Below, piece by piece: positions 18,815 to 27,550 of a stretch of 64,000 nt of DNA (position 1 is its first letter; each line of letters starts with the position of its first letter). Origin of the DNA: an uncultured delta proteobacterium. GTDB lineage: Bacteria > Myxococcota_A > Polyangia > Polyangiales > B10-G4. The translations under genes and the position numbers were made by a program. The stretch spans positions 384,001 to 448,000 of the forward strand of contig CAVSGI010000020.1 in NCBI GenBank assembly GCA_963727445.1. The letters are read 5' to 3'. A model generated the notes under the pieces. That model was not told the origin of the DNA. It saw only the letters and a program-made list of their open reading frames with translations, and did not search any database.

Positions 18815-20385
18815 CGCCCCACCTCCCGGACCCGGGCTTCCTCGCGATACTGCCGCCGCTCCTCGCCATCATCCTGGCGGTGACGTTGCGGCAGGTGATC
18901 CTGGCGCTCGTCTCGGGCGTCTACCTCGGGGCGCTCATCGTCTTCGACTTCGCGCCCGGCGTCGCCTTGCTCCGCACCGTCGATCACTACGTGGTGCACT
19001 CCCTCGCCGACGAGGACCACGCGTCCATCATCGTCTTCAGCCTGCTCCTCGGCGGGATGATCGGCGTGGTCACCAGCAGCGGCGGGGGCATGGGGCTCGC
19101 GAAGCTGGTGACCAGTCGCGCCAGGACCACGACCGGTGGCCTCTTCGGTACCTGGCTGATGGGCATCATCATCTTCTTCGACGACTACGCCAACGCGCTC
19201 CTCGTCGGGACGACGATGCGGCCGATCACCGATCGGCTCCGCGTGAGCCGCGAGAAGCTCTCGTTCCTGGTGGACGCGACCGCCGCCACCGTCTCCAGCG
19301 TCGCGTTGGTCTCGTCGTGGATCGGCGTGGAGATCGGCTACATCGAGGACCAGTTCTCCTCGCTGTCGCTGTCGGGCGATCCCTACATCATCTTTCTCGA
19401 GACCATCCCCTACCGCTTCTATCCGATCCTCATGCTCGTCTTCGGGCTGATGGTCATCTTCATGCGCCGCGACTTCGGCCCGATGCTCGCGGCGGAGCGC
19501 CGCGCCCGCGACGGGCAGGTGTCGGCGCCGGGCGCCAAGCCCGCGCTCGATCTCGACGCGAGCGACATCGAAGGCGGAGGCGAGCCGAGCTGGATCGACG
19601 CCGTGGTCCCCATCGGCGCGGTGATCGCCGTGGCGCTGATCGGGATGTACGCGACCGGCCATGCCGCCGTGAGCGAGGCGGGGGACGAGCCGACGCTCCG
19701 CGCGGTCTTCGGCAACGCGAGCTCTCTCAAGTCGCTTCTCTGGGCGGCTTTCATCGGGTCCGGCGTCGCGATCTTCACGGCCGTCGCGCGTCGCTCGTTG
19801 CGCTTCGGCGCGGCCCTCGACGCATGGCTCACGGGCGTCAAGTCCATGGTGATGGCCTGTATGATCCTGATCCTCGCCTGGGCGCTGGGCGCGGTGTGCA
19901 AGGATCTCGAGACCGCGCGCTGGGTGATCGGCGCCATCGGCGGATGGGTCGCGCCGGGCCTTCTGCCCGCGCTCATCTTCGTCATCGCCGCGGCGGTGGC
20001 CTTCGCGACCGGGACCAGTTGGGGGACGATGGCGATCCTCTTTCCGCTGGTCGTCCCGCTCGCCAACGATCTGGCGCCCGGCGATCACGGCGTGATGCTC
20101 GGCGCGATCAGCTCGATCCTCGCCGGGGCGGTCTGGGGTGATCACTGCTCTCCGATCAGCGACACCACGATCATGAGCTCGATGGCCTCGAGCTGCGACC
20201 ACGTCGATCACGTGCGAACGCAGCTGCCCTACGCCCTGGCGGTGGGCATCGTCAGCCTGATCTTCGGAGACCTGGCGACGGGCTTCGGGCTCTACCCGGC
20301 GTGGGTCGGGCTATTGCTGGGCGGCCTCGCGCTCTTCGCCATCTTGCGTTTCGTCGGGCAGCCCGTTCCGGATCACGAGGCCTGA
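18811..20385 (+). CDS. Na+/H+ antiporter NhaC family protein
   Basis: FFDDYAN..MRPITD..SREKL..VDATA; ATGTSWGT; GDHCSPISDTTIMSS..DHVRTQLPYA. Confidence 0.93.
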   Translation: MTPHLPDPGFLAILPPLLAIILAVTLRQVILALVSGVYLGALIVFDFAPGVALLRTVDHYVVHSLADEDHASIIVFSLLLGGMIGVVTSSGGGMGLAKLVTSRARTTTGGLFGTWLMGIIIFFDDYANALLVGTTMRPITDRLRVSREKLSFLVDATAATVSSVALVSSWIGVEIGYIEDQFSSLSLSGDPYIIFLETIPYRFYPILMLVFGLMVIFMRRDFGPMLAAERRARDGQVSAPGAKPALDLDASDIEGGGEPSWIDAVVPIGAVIAVALIGMYATGHAAVSEAGDEPTLRAVFGNASSLKSLLWAAFIGSGVAIFTAVARRSLRFGAALDAWLTGVKSMVMACMILILAWALGAVCKDLETARWVIGAIGGWVAPGLLPALIFVIAAAVAFATGTSWGTMAILFPLVVPLANDLAPGDHGVMLGAISSILAGAVWGDHCSPISDTTIMSSMASSCDHVDHVRTQLPYALAVGIVSLIFGDLATGFGLYPAWVGLLLGGLALFAILRFVGQPVPDHEA

Positions 20386-20583
20386 GCGCCGGGGGGGCGG
20401 TGAGGCGGGAAGAGGCCGCGCTGCGCTGCGCGTGTGCGGTTGGTGGCGTGGGTCTTGGCGAGACGGGTGCCGGTGGCGGTAAGCGCGCTTCGCTTCGCTC
20501 GCTCAGCTTGAAGATGGGGAGGCGTGCGCGCGGCTCGCTTCGCGAGCGCGCTTGCGGGGTCGCTGGGGTGGGGGCCGGAAAGG

Positions 20584-21040
20584 TTTAATTGTGGTCGGGG
20601 CTCCGCCCCAACACCCCGGGGGGGACAAGCCCCCCCTGTCGCCTCGCGCTTCGCGCTCGGCTCTCACGTCTGCCCGCCCGATGTGGAACAGATGAGCGAG
20701 ATGCATTTGATGGCAATGAGCTGATGGTCTGCGGGCAGCGTTCGGCCCCCCCCTCGGCGCCTGCGGCGCCGGGTCGCGGCCTGGCGGCCGCTCTGCTCCT
20801 GCCTCGGTGACCTGGACGGAGTGGAGCGTTGCGAAGCAACGCGACCCGGGCGCCCTTGGGCGCCCGAGAAGGGGGGGCGAACGCTGCCCGCAGAGGTCCC
20901 AGCGAATCCAAGAGCGACCCTGTGGGTCAGTTTCAGTCACTTCAGACGGGCAGACGTGAGAGCGAGCGCGAAGCGCGAGCGACCCGGGGGAATCCTTTCC
21001 CCCGGGGGTCGTTAGGGGCGAAGCCCCAACCACAATTAAA
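20584..21040. repeat. 457-bp nested inverted-repeat element (MITE/REP-composite-like)
   Basis: About 90-bp imperfect terminal IRs starting TTTAATTGTGG (20584) and ending CCACAATTAAA (21040); inner perfect 17-bp IR at 20728-20744 / 20878-20894. Confidence 0.85.
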
Positions 21041-21449
21041 GCGGCCCGAGATCGCGGATGATTTGCAGGAGCACGTCGTGGTCGAAGGGCTTTTCGACGC
21101 GGGCGTTGTCGACGCCGGCGAGGAAGGTGCGGGCTTCTTCGGTGAAGACGCCGCCGGACATGAAGACGACGCGGGGCGCCAGCGCGGGGCGATGCTCCTC
21201 CAGCCATGCGTGAAGCGCCATGCCACTGACCCCGGGCATCATCAGGTCGCAGAGGATGACGTCGAAGGCGCCGTCGTCTTCGAGGAGCGCGCGCGCATCC
21301 CGGCCGGAGGAGGCGAGCTCGATCTCGTGCTCCTCCCCGAGCAGTACCTTGAGGGTCGTTCCGATCAATGGTTCGTCGTCGACGATCAACACGCGCAGAG
21401 GTGCGCCACCCTCGCGCGCCGAATGGCGCGTTCCTTCCCCCACATTCAT
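21036..21449 (-). CDS. Single-domain response regulator (receiver)
   Basis: VLIVDDE..ILCDLMMPGVSG..FMSGG..EKPF; the stop codon lies in the repeat element. Confidence 0.92.
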   Translation of the reverse strand: MNVGEGTRHSAREGGAPLRVLIVDDEPLIGTTLKVLLGEEHEIELASSGRDARALLEDDGAFDVILCDLMMPGVSGMALHAWLEEHRPALAPRVVFMSGGVFTEEARTFLAGVDNARVEKPFDHDVLLQIIRDLGPL

Positions 21450-21545
21450 ACCGTGTTCCATTCCCCCGACCCCGAAGCTACCAATCCCCCGCTTCGGCCG
21501 CAATGAGCACTGCGCTTCGGATCTCCGGTCGATTACCCTCGTCGC

Positions 21546-23042
21546 GTGTGGCCCCGACTCCTCGCGGTGCTCTTACTCTCCGCTTGCGGACCCTCCGATG
21601 AGGAGTCCGCGGAGGCCGAGTGGGTACACGCCGAGGCGCTGTGGCGGCCCAGCCATCGGGATCTGGGTGCCTACGACGCATGGCTTGCTCTGGATCCGGG
21701 GACGGCGCGGGGCCGCGAAGCACACCGCCGCCTCGAGGAAGCGGACGCCCATTATCGGGAGGGGATCCGGCGTCTGACCCAGGGGGAGGCGGGGAGCACC
21801 GAGGCGCTCCTGATGGGGGTCGCCATCGCACCGATGGACCCCGACCACTACCTGGCACTGGCGCGCGCCAGTGCCGCGCGCGGCGTGACCGGGCGCGGCC
21901 GCGCCACCGAGTACTACATGAAGTACCTGGCGGTTCGGCCCGAAGGGCTGGACGCCGAAGCCGCGCGCTCGGAGCTGGAAGAGCTCGATCCGGCACTGGG
22001 CGGCATCTTCGGGCCTCCGAGCGTGGTCGCCGACGCGACGGAGGACCAGGGGCCTTCGCAGATGGCGACGGCGGCGGTGTCGGCGGTGGTGGGCTCCTTT
22101 TTGACCATCGCCATCGGGCTGATCGTGCTCACGGTGCGCCGGCGTGGCGAGCCGCTCTCCAAGCTCGCCGAGAGATCTCCCGAGCTGCATCCCGCGATCG
22201 CTTACCTCGTCGGCTCTCTTCGACACGAGCTCCTCAAACACCGCATCGGCGCCGTCGGGGATGCGCTCAAAGCGCTCGGCCGCGGCGGCGCGACCGAGGC
22301 TCAGCTCCGCTTCATCGAGGGCCGTCTCTTCGGCGGCGAACCGCTGGTGTCGTCGTGGAAGGCGCACCTCGCCTCCTTCGAGCGCGCGCTCGGCTATCGA
22401 CTCGAGCTGCGCCGCGACCGGGACTTCCGCCGCGCCGACCGCGCCATTCGGCGCATCGCCCGCCTCGAAGGGCGCATCTCGCAAAAAGATCCCTCGGTGC
22501 AGCGCACCCTGGCCGGGGCCTACGACACATTGCAGGCTTTCGATCGTGAGCTCGCGCAGCTCGTGCATCGGTTGGTACGCACGCGGATCGATGCCGAGCT
22601 TCTCGAGACGGTGGTGTCCGAGGTGCGCGGGGAATACGCGCCCAGTCAGGTCGCGCTCGATTCGCTCGAGGTCGTGGCGCCGGAAGAAGAGGTCGAGGTC
22701 GAGGTCTTCCGGGTGGACCTGGTGCTGATCCTCAAGAACGTCGTTCGAAACGCCATCCTGGCGGTGGAGCGGAGCGAGCCTCCCAAGAAGGTGTCGGTGG
22801 ATGCTCGGGTGGAGCTGGAGGCGACGGGCGAGGAGATCGTCTACCTGCGGGTCCGGGACACCTCCACCGAGTCGTTGTCCCGCGAGTCGATCTACGACCG
22901 GCGGGTGGATTGGGGTCTCGGCCTCGTGACCGCCGCTCTCACCCGCTACGATGGCGCGATCGAGGTCCAGCCGGCGGAAGACGGATTTCACAAGGCGGTG
23001 AGCGTGCGATTCTTCCGCGCGCTCGACATGGACGAGGAATGA
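21546..23042 (+). CDS. Atypical sensor histidine kinase: lipobox-like N-terminus, TPR-like region, TM, H-box, degenerate HATPase
   Basis: LLSAC; RATEYYMKYLAVRPEG.DA TPR-like; LRHELLKH; LKNVVRNAI, VRDTS, WGLGLV. Confidence 0.75.
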   Translation: MWPRLLAVLLLSACGPSDEESAEAEWVHAEALWRPSHRDLGAYDAWLALDPGTARGREAHRRLEEADAHYREGIRRLTQGEAGSTEALLMGVAIAPMDPDHYLALARASAARGVTGRGRATEYYMKYLAVRPEGLDAEAARSELEELDPALGGIFGPPSVVADATEDQGPSQMATAAVSAVVGSFLTIAIGLIVLTVRRRGEPLSKLAERSPELHPAIAYLVGSLRHELLKHRIGAVGDALKALGRGGATEAQLRFIEGRLFGGEPLVSSWKAHLASFERALGYRLELRRDRDFRRADRAIRRIARLEGRISQKDPSVQRTLAGAYDTLQAFDRELAQLVHRLVRTRIDAELLETVVSEVRGEYAPSQVALDSLEVVAPEEEVEVEVFRVDLVLILKNVVRNAILAVERSEPPKKVSVDARVELEATGEEIVYLRVRDTSTESLSRESIYDRRVDWGLGLVTAALTRYDGAIEVQPAEDGFHKAVSVRFFRALDMDEE

Positions 23043-23479
23043 AGCGCCTCTTGGTCATCGAAGACGGTCACGAGTACGAGGAGTTCGCCAAGCTCTTCCT
23101 GGCGGACGCGTTCGAGATCGTGGGCGCACGGAGCGCGGATGAGGCGCTTCGTTCCATCGCCGAAGGCGCGCCCGACGCGATCCTCCTCGACCTGCGCTTC
23201 GATCGCACGCCGAAGGAGGCGCTCATCGGGGACGTCGAGGGCACGGCGGAGCGCCTCTTCGCCGGCAACACCGAGCGGGCCCTTCGATACGTCCGCGAGC
23301 AGCAGGGCGCCCTCGTGCTGTCGAAGGTGCGCGAAGCGGGCTGCGACGTGCCGGCGGTCTTCGTCCACGACTTTCCGAAGCGCCGCCTCGCGAACCTCCG
23401 GAAGATGTACGGCGCGGTCCACGCGGTGGCCTCCTTCGACGCCGCCGCGATCCTCGAAGCGCTGGGAGCCGCGCGTTGA
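23039..23479 (+). CDS. Atypical single-domain response regulator
   Basis: ATGA overlap; RLLVIEDG..PDAILLDLRF; insertion after the Asp; no KPF motif. Confidence 0.8.
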   Translation: MKRLLVIEDGHEYEEFAKLFLADAFEIVGARSADEALRSIAEGAPDAILLDLRFDRTPKEALIGDVEGTAERLFAGNTERALRYVREQQGALVLSKVREAGCDVPAVFVHDFPKRRLANLRKMYGAVHAVASFDAAAILEALGAAR

Positions 23480-23826
23480 ACGCCTACGCGCGTCTCTCCC
23501 ACGACGTGGGCAAATACGTCGCCCGCATCGCCCACAACATCGGCGAAGGGCCCATCCCCGAAGCGCTGGCGCCGCTCCTCGCCCGCGATCTCTACGCGCT
23601 CCCCGGCGACCGCCGTGCCTCCGCCGTGTTTGCCGAGCTCACCACCCAGACCCCCGACGCGGAAGAGCTGCGAGAGGCGCGAGCCCACCTCGAAGCCATC
23701 GACGCCCTCGAGACGCGCGTGCGCGCCGGTGAAGAGCACGCGATGCGCGAGGCAGCGCGCCACGCTCTCGCAGTCGAACGCTGCCTCCGGACGCTCGCCG
23801 CCCGGATGGGAGGGGCGGGCGCGTGA
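23476..23826 (+). CDS. Small helical protein with H-box-like motif (possible phosphotransfer protein)
   Basis: TTG start overlapping upstream stop (TTGA); RLSHDVGKYVAR; stop overlaps next start (GTGA). Confidence 0.7.
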   Translation: MNAYARLSHDVGKYVARIAHNIGEGPIPEALAPLLARDLYALPGDRRASAVFAELTTQTPDAEELREARAHLEAIDALETRVRAGEEHAMREAARHALAVERCLRTLAARMGGAGA

Positions 23827-25487
23827 GCCGACGACCGAAGCTCCTGGTCATCGACGATGGTGACCGCTACATCGAGCTCGCGCACGCGCTCCTCAGGGAT
23901 TACGACTACGCGACGCGCTGCGCGCTCGAAGGGCCGTGCTGGGAGTGCTCCGAGCGCGTGGGCTGCACGCTCACGCACGCCCATCACGCCGCGGAGGCGG
24001 ACGAGGCCCTCGCCAACAACCCCGACACCGACGTCGTGCTCCTCGACGTCGCCTTCGACGTCGCGGAGTCGGAGCTCCTTCAGGCCGACGAGCCCCTCGA
24101 GCGCCGCCGCCGTCTACAAGGCCTCGCCATCCTCGACCACCTCCGGAAGAGCCGCGGTGAGCTCCCCATCGTCCTGATGACGTCGGTGGACGAGCTGGCG
24201 CTCGAAGACGCGAGCTTCGCGCCCCGCGCCGACGAATTGCTCAGCCTCGCGGGCGCGGATGCCTTCGACGCGCGCGCGCTCGGCCTGCTCGTCGAGCGGA
24301 TCCTCGCGCGGCGGCACGAGGTGCCCGCGGCCGGCGGCTATGCGTGGGGGAAGAGCCGGGCCATGGCGCGGCTCCGCCAGGACGCGACGACGCTCGCCCG
24401 CACCTCGCTGCCGATCCTGATCCTCGGTGAGACCGGCACCGGCAAGAGCGCCCTCGCAGAGCACGTGATCCATCCGGCCACCGGCCGGCGCGGGCCCTTC
24501 CTGCACGTCGATCTCTCCGCCATTCCGGAGACGTTGCTCGCGAGCGAGCTCTTCGGCACCGCGAAGGGCGCCTTCAGCGGCGCGGTGGAGCGCGAGGGGC
24601 TCTTCGCCCGGGCTCACGAAGGGACGGTGCTCCTCGACGAGATCGGCAATCTTCCTCTCGACCTCCAGCGGATGCTCCTGCTCACGCTCCAGGACGGGAA
24701 AGTGACGCGTCTGGGTGAGACCCAGAGCCGCATCGTCGACGTGAAGGTGATCGCGGCCACGAACCTCGACCTCGAGGCCGAGGTGCGCGCCGGCCGCTTC
24801 CGCGCCGACCTCTACGCACGCCTCAACCCTGCCGCTCGCCTGGTGTTGCCGCCGCTGCGCGAGCGCATCGACGATCTCGAGGTGCTCCTCGAGGGCTTCG
24901 TCCGTCGCGCCTTCGCCCTCGGCCCCGATCGTGCGCTCCTGGCCGACTACGCCAGCGCCGCGGGTCTCTCGGGCGCGCCGAAGGTTCGGCTCGCGATTGG
25001 TGAGCCAACGCCGAGCGACGACGTGACCTTCGTGCTCTCGGCGGCGAGCTTCGAGGCCCTTTCGGCGCATCCGTGGCCGGGCAACGTGCGCGAGCTCGAG
25101 CTCTTCGTGAAGAACGCGGTCGTCTTCTCTCTCTCGGACGCGCTCGGAGCCGCGGAGCGCGGTCGCGGTGTTCGCGGCGCTGCGCGCACCATCCCGATCC
25201 CGGCGCGCCTGGTCCGCGAGCTGCTCTCCGGTTCCTGGGCCGACGCCGAGGCGGCGTCCCCGCGAGACGAGCGCTTTTCGCCGACCATCTCTCCCAAGCC
25301 TGGACTTCGCGACGTCGCTCGGGACATGGAGCGGCAGCTCTACACGCGCCTCTTCGAAGAGAGCGGCGGCGACTTCGAACAGATGGCGGAAGCGCTGCTC
25401 GAGGGGGATGCGAAGGCCAACGCCCGCAAGGTTCGCCTGCGCTTCAACCAGCTCGGTTTGAAGGTGAAGAAGCTACGAAAAACATAA
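23823..25487 (+). CDS. Sigma54-dependent enhancer-binding protein with atypical receiver and Cys/His-rich insert
   Basis: GETGTGKS, ELFG..KGAFSGA, LLDEIG, AATN, FRADLY.RL, WPGNVREL. Confidence 0.92.
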   Translation: MSRRPKLLVIDDGDRYIELAHALLRDYDYATRCALEGPCWECSERVGCTLTHAHHAAEADEALANNPDTDVVLLDVAFDVAESELLQADEPLERRRRLQGLAILDHLRKSRGELPIVLMTSVDELALEDASFAPRADELLSLAGADAFDARALGLLVERILARRHEVPAAGGYAWGKSRAMARLRQDATTLARTSLPILILGETGTGKSALAEHVIHPATGRRGPFLHVDLSAIPETLLASELFGTAKGAFSGAVEREGLFARAHEGTVLLDEIGNLPLDLQRMLLLTLQDGKVTRLGETQSRIVDVKVIAATNLDLEAEVRAGRFRADLYARLNPAARLVLPPLRERIDDLEVLLEGFVRRAFALGPDRALLADYASAAGLSGAPKVRLAIGEPTPSDDVTFVLSAASFEALSAHPWPGNVRELELFVKNAVVFSLSDALGAAERGRGVRGAARTIPIPARLVRELLSGSWADAEAASPRDERFSPTISPKPGLRDVARDMERQLYTRLFEESGGDFEQMAEALLEGDAKANARKVRLRFNQLGLKVKKLRKT

Positions 25488-25558
25488 TCGTCATCTACTA
25501 AGAATAGATATCGGACTCGCTGCTCTCTCATTTCTGCAGTAATTCCGAAAAACCAGCG

Positions 25559-25575
25559 CTGGCACGGTGGCTGCT
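25559..25575 (+). promoter_or_regulatory. Sigma54 (-24/-12) promoter for 25608
   Basis: CTGGCACGGTGGCTGCT, GG(25561)-N10-GC(25573); AT-rich upstream tract; GGAGG at 25591. Confidence 0.8.
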
Positions 25576-25607
25576 TTGTCCTCTGCCCAAGGAGGAAACG
25601 ACAGAGC

Positions 25608-26303
25608 ATGTCCACCACTGATTCCAGCGTCATTCAGAGTCTTCGCGAGCTCAGCCGTCTCGAGAACGAGCGCATCGCCGAGGAGCATGCCGAGGCCGAA
25701 GCCCGCGCTCGCGCCGAGGCCGAGGCGAAAGCCCGTGCTGTGGCCGAGGCCGAGGCGAAAGAGGCCCATGCCCGTCGGGTCGCCGAGGCCGAGGCGGCCC
25801 TGCGCCTGTCGGAGGAGCGAGCCGAGCGGAACGCGGAGGCGGACAAGCGGCTCGCCTCGCTGCGCGCCGAGCTCGCCGCGGTGCAGGCGGATCGGGAGCG
25901 GATGCATACGCGCATCGCCACCATCGCCGACGACGAGTGGACGTCACGGCCGCCGCGCGAAGGAAGCTGGGGGTGGAAGGTCGCGTTCGCGTCGGCAGGG
26001 GCAGTGGCGGCCGGCCTGGCCCTGATTCTGGCGGTGCGTGAGCCCGTTCAACCGACGCGCATCGTCCAGGTGCCGGTGGAGCGGACGGTCGTCGTCGAAC
26101 GGGCCGTGGCCGAAGAGCCAACCGATGCGCCGGTTGTCGAACCCACCGAGCCGGCGATCGCACGCACCGACGAGCCGAGCGACGTCGCGGGCCCGCACGT
26201 CCGCCGGCCCCACCCCGGGATGCGCCCGCACGCGCAGAACACGACGACGCAGCTTCTCGCCGATCTCGACTGCGCCGAAGACGATCCGACCTGCGGGATC
26301 TGA
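25608..26303 (+). CDS. Myxobacterial coiled-coil/TM protein (SSV..SLREL family)
   Basis: SSVIQSLRELSRLENERI, AE-rich coiled coil, TM, Pro-rich tail, C-terminal C..DDPTCGI. Confidence 0.8.
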   Translation: MSTTDSSVIQSLRELSRLENERIAEEHAEAEARARAEAEAKARAVAEAEAKEAHARRVAEAEAALRLSEERAERNAEADKRLASLRAELAAVQADRERMHTRIATIADDEWTSRPPREGSWGWKVAFASAGAVAAGLALILAVREPVQPTRIVQVPVERTVVVERAVAEEPTDAPVVEPTEPAIARTDEPSDVAGPHVRRPHPGMRPHAQNTTTQLLADLDCAEDDPTCGI

Positions 26304-26392
26304 CGACGAAAGTGCGTGAAGCGCCGCGCGCGGGCCGTCTGCCGGATCTTCACGTGCAGAGCTGCAGGATCAGCCCTAAGCTGGGCCGCGAC

Positions 26393-27547
26393 GTGAGCGA
26401 TTCAGCGCGAAAGAGGGCCGGCGTCTCGTGCTCGCTCGACGACAGCGCCGAGCGCGCCGGCCTTCTCGCCGCCTCCGAGGCGGCGTCTTTTCCCGGTCGC
26501 GAGCACGTGCGGACGGTGCTGGTCTTCGCGTCGGGGCGGCACGCGGCGAGCACCCTCGAGGTCGCGGTGGGGGCCTCCGAAGCGGTGCAAGGCGCCAACG
26601 TCCTCGTGGTGGGAGGCGTCGGCCTCTCCTCGGCGGAAGGCGAGGAGCCGCGGAGTGGAGCCCTGGCGATCGCCCTCGACGCCCCATCGGCGATCGCGAC
26701 CGGCGAGATGCCAGAGACGGTCGAGGACGCCCAGCGGATCGGCGGCGCGATGGGGCGGGCGCTACATCACGCGCGAAGCCGCCCGATGCTCTGTTTCATG
26801 CTCCCGAACGGCGCGGTGGCTCAGGCCCTCGGCGCCTTTGCCTCGAGAAGCAAACGCACAGGTGGTGATGGGCGGGGGCCTGTCGGCGAGCGGCAACCTC
26901 GCCATCCGCATCGCAGGAGAGGCGCCGCGCGACGGCGGCGCGATGGCGGCGCTTCGCATCGACGGTGGATACAGGATGGCCGTCGGCGCGAGCGCCGGCG
27001 CCCAGCCGCTCAGCGACTTCACGCCCATCGAGGGGATGGACGGAGGCTTCGTGACCCAGGCTCGGTGGCGAGGCGCCTCTCGATGCGCTCGCGGCGGTGG
27101 CCGAGCGAAAGTCTCTGGTGCTCGCCCTGCTGAAGCGAAGAGACGCGGGCAGCCGAGGAGCGCATGGGCTACGTCGTTCGCGGCATCGGCGGCGTCGATC
27201 CCCGCAAGAAGGCGATCTTCGTGGGTCACGACGTGGCGGTCGGCGACCAGATCGCGTTCGCGACGCCCGACCGCAACGGCGCGCGTGAAGACTTCGAATC
27301 GATGCTGCGCGCCACGCTGCGCGGCACGGCGGGTGGGGTGCCGGTCGCGGGCTTCCACATCGACTGTGCAGGGCGGGGCCCGCGGCTCTACGGCCGCCCC
27401 CACGTCGACGCCCGCGCCATCACGGCCCACTTTCGCGACGTGCCCTTCGCGGGGATGCGCTCGAGCTTCGAGATCGGTCCGTACGCCGGCACGCCCGAGG
27501 TCCTGACCTACACCGGCGTCCTCGGGATCCTCTACGCGCCCTCCTGA
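26393..27547 (+). CDS. FIST domain signal-transduction protein with three apparent frameshifts (~26855, ~27058, ~27160)
   Basis: Pieces in successive frames ending in FIST_C motifs YVVRGIGGVD..GD.I.F..D..GAREDF..CAGRG..LYG..D..PFAG..FEIGP..TYT. Confidence 0.75.
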
Positions 27548-27550
27548 GGG

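Noticed and set aside
20584..21040. Possible CRISPR array or tRNA
   Set aside because: Repeats are inverted and nested, not direct with spacers; no cloverleaf or T-loop motif; no cas genes
25680..25800. GCCGAGGCCGAGGCGAAA-type tandem repeats
   Set aside because: They encode the AEAEAK coiled coil; protein-level low complexity
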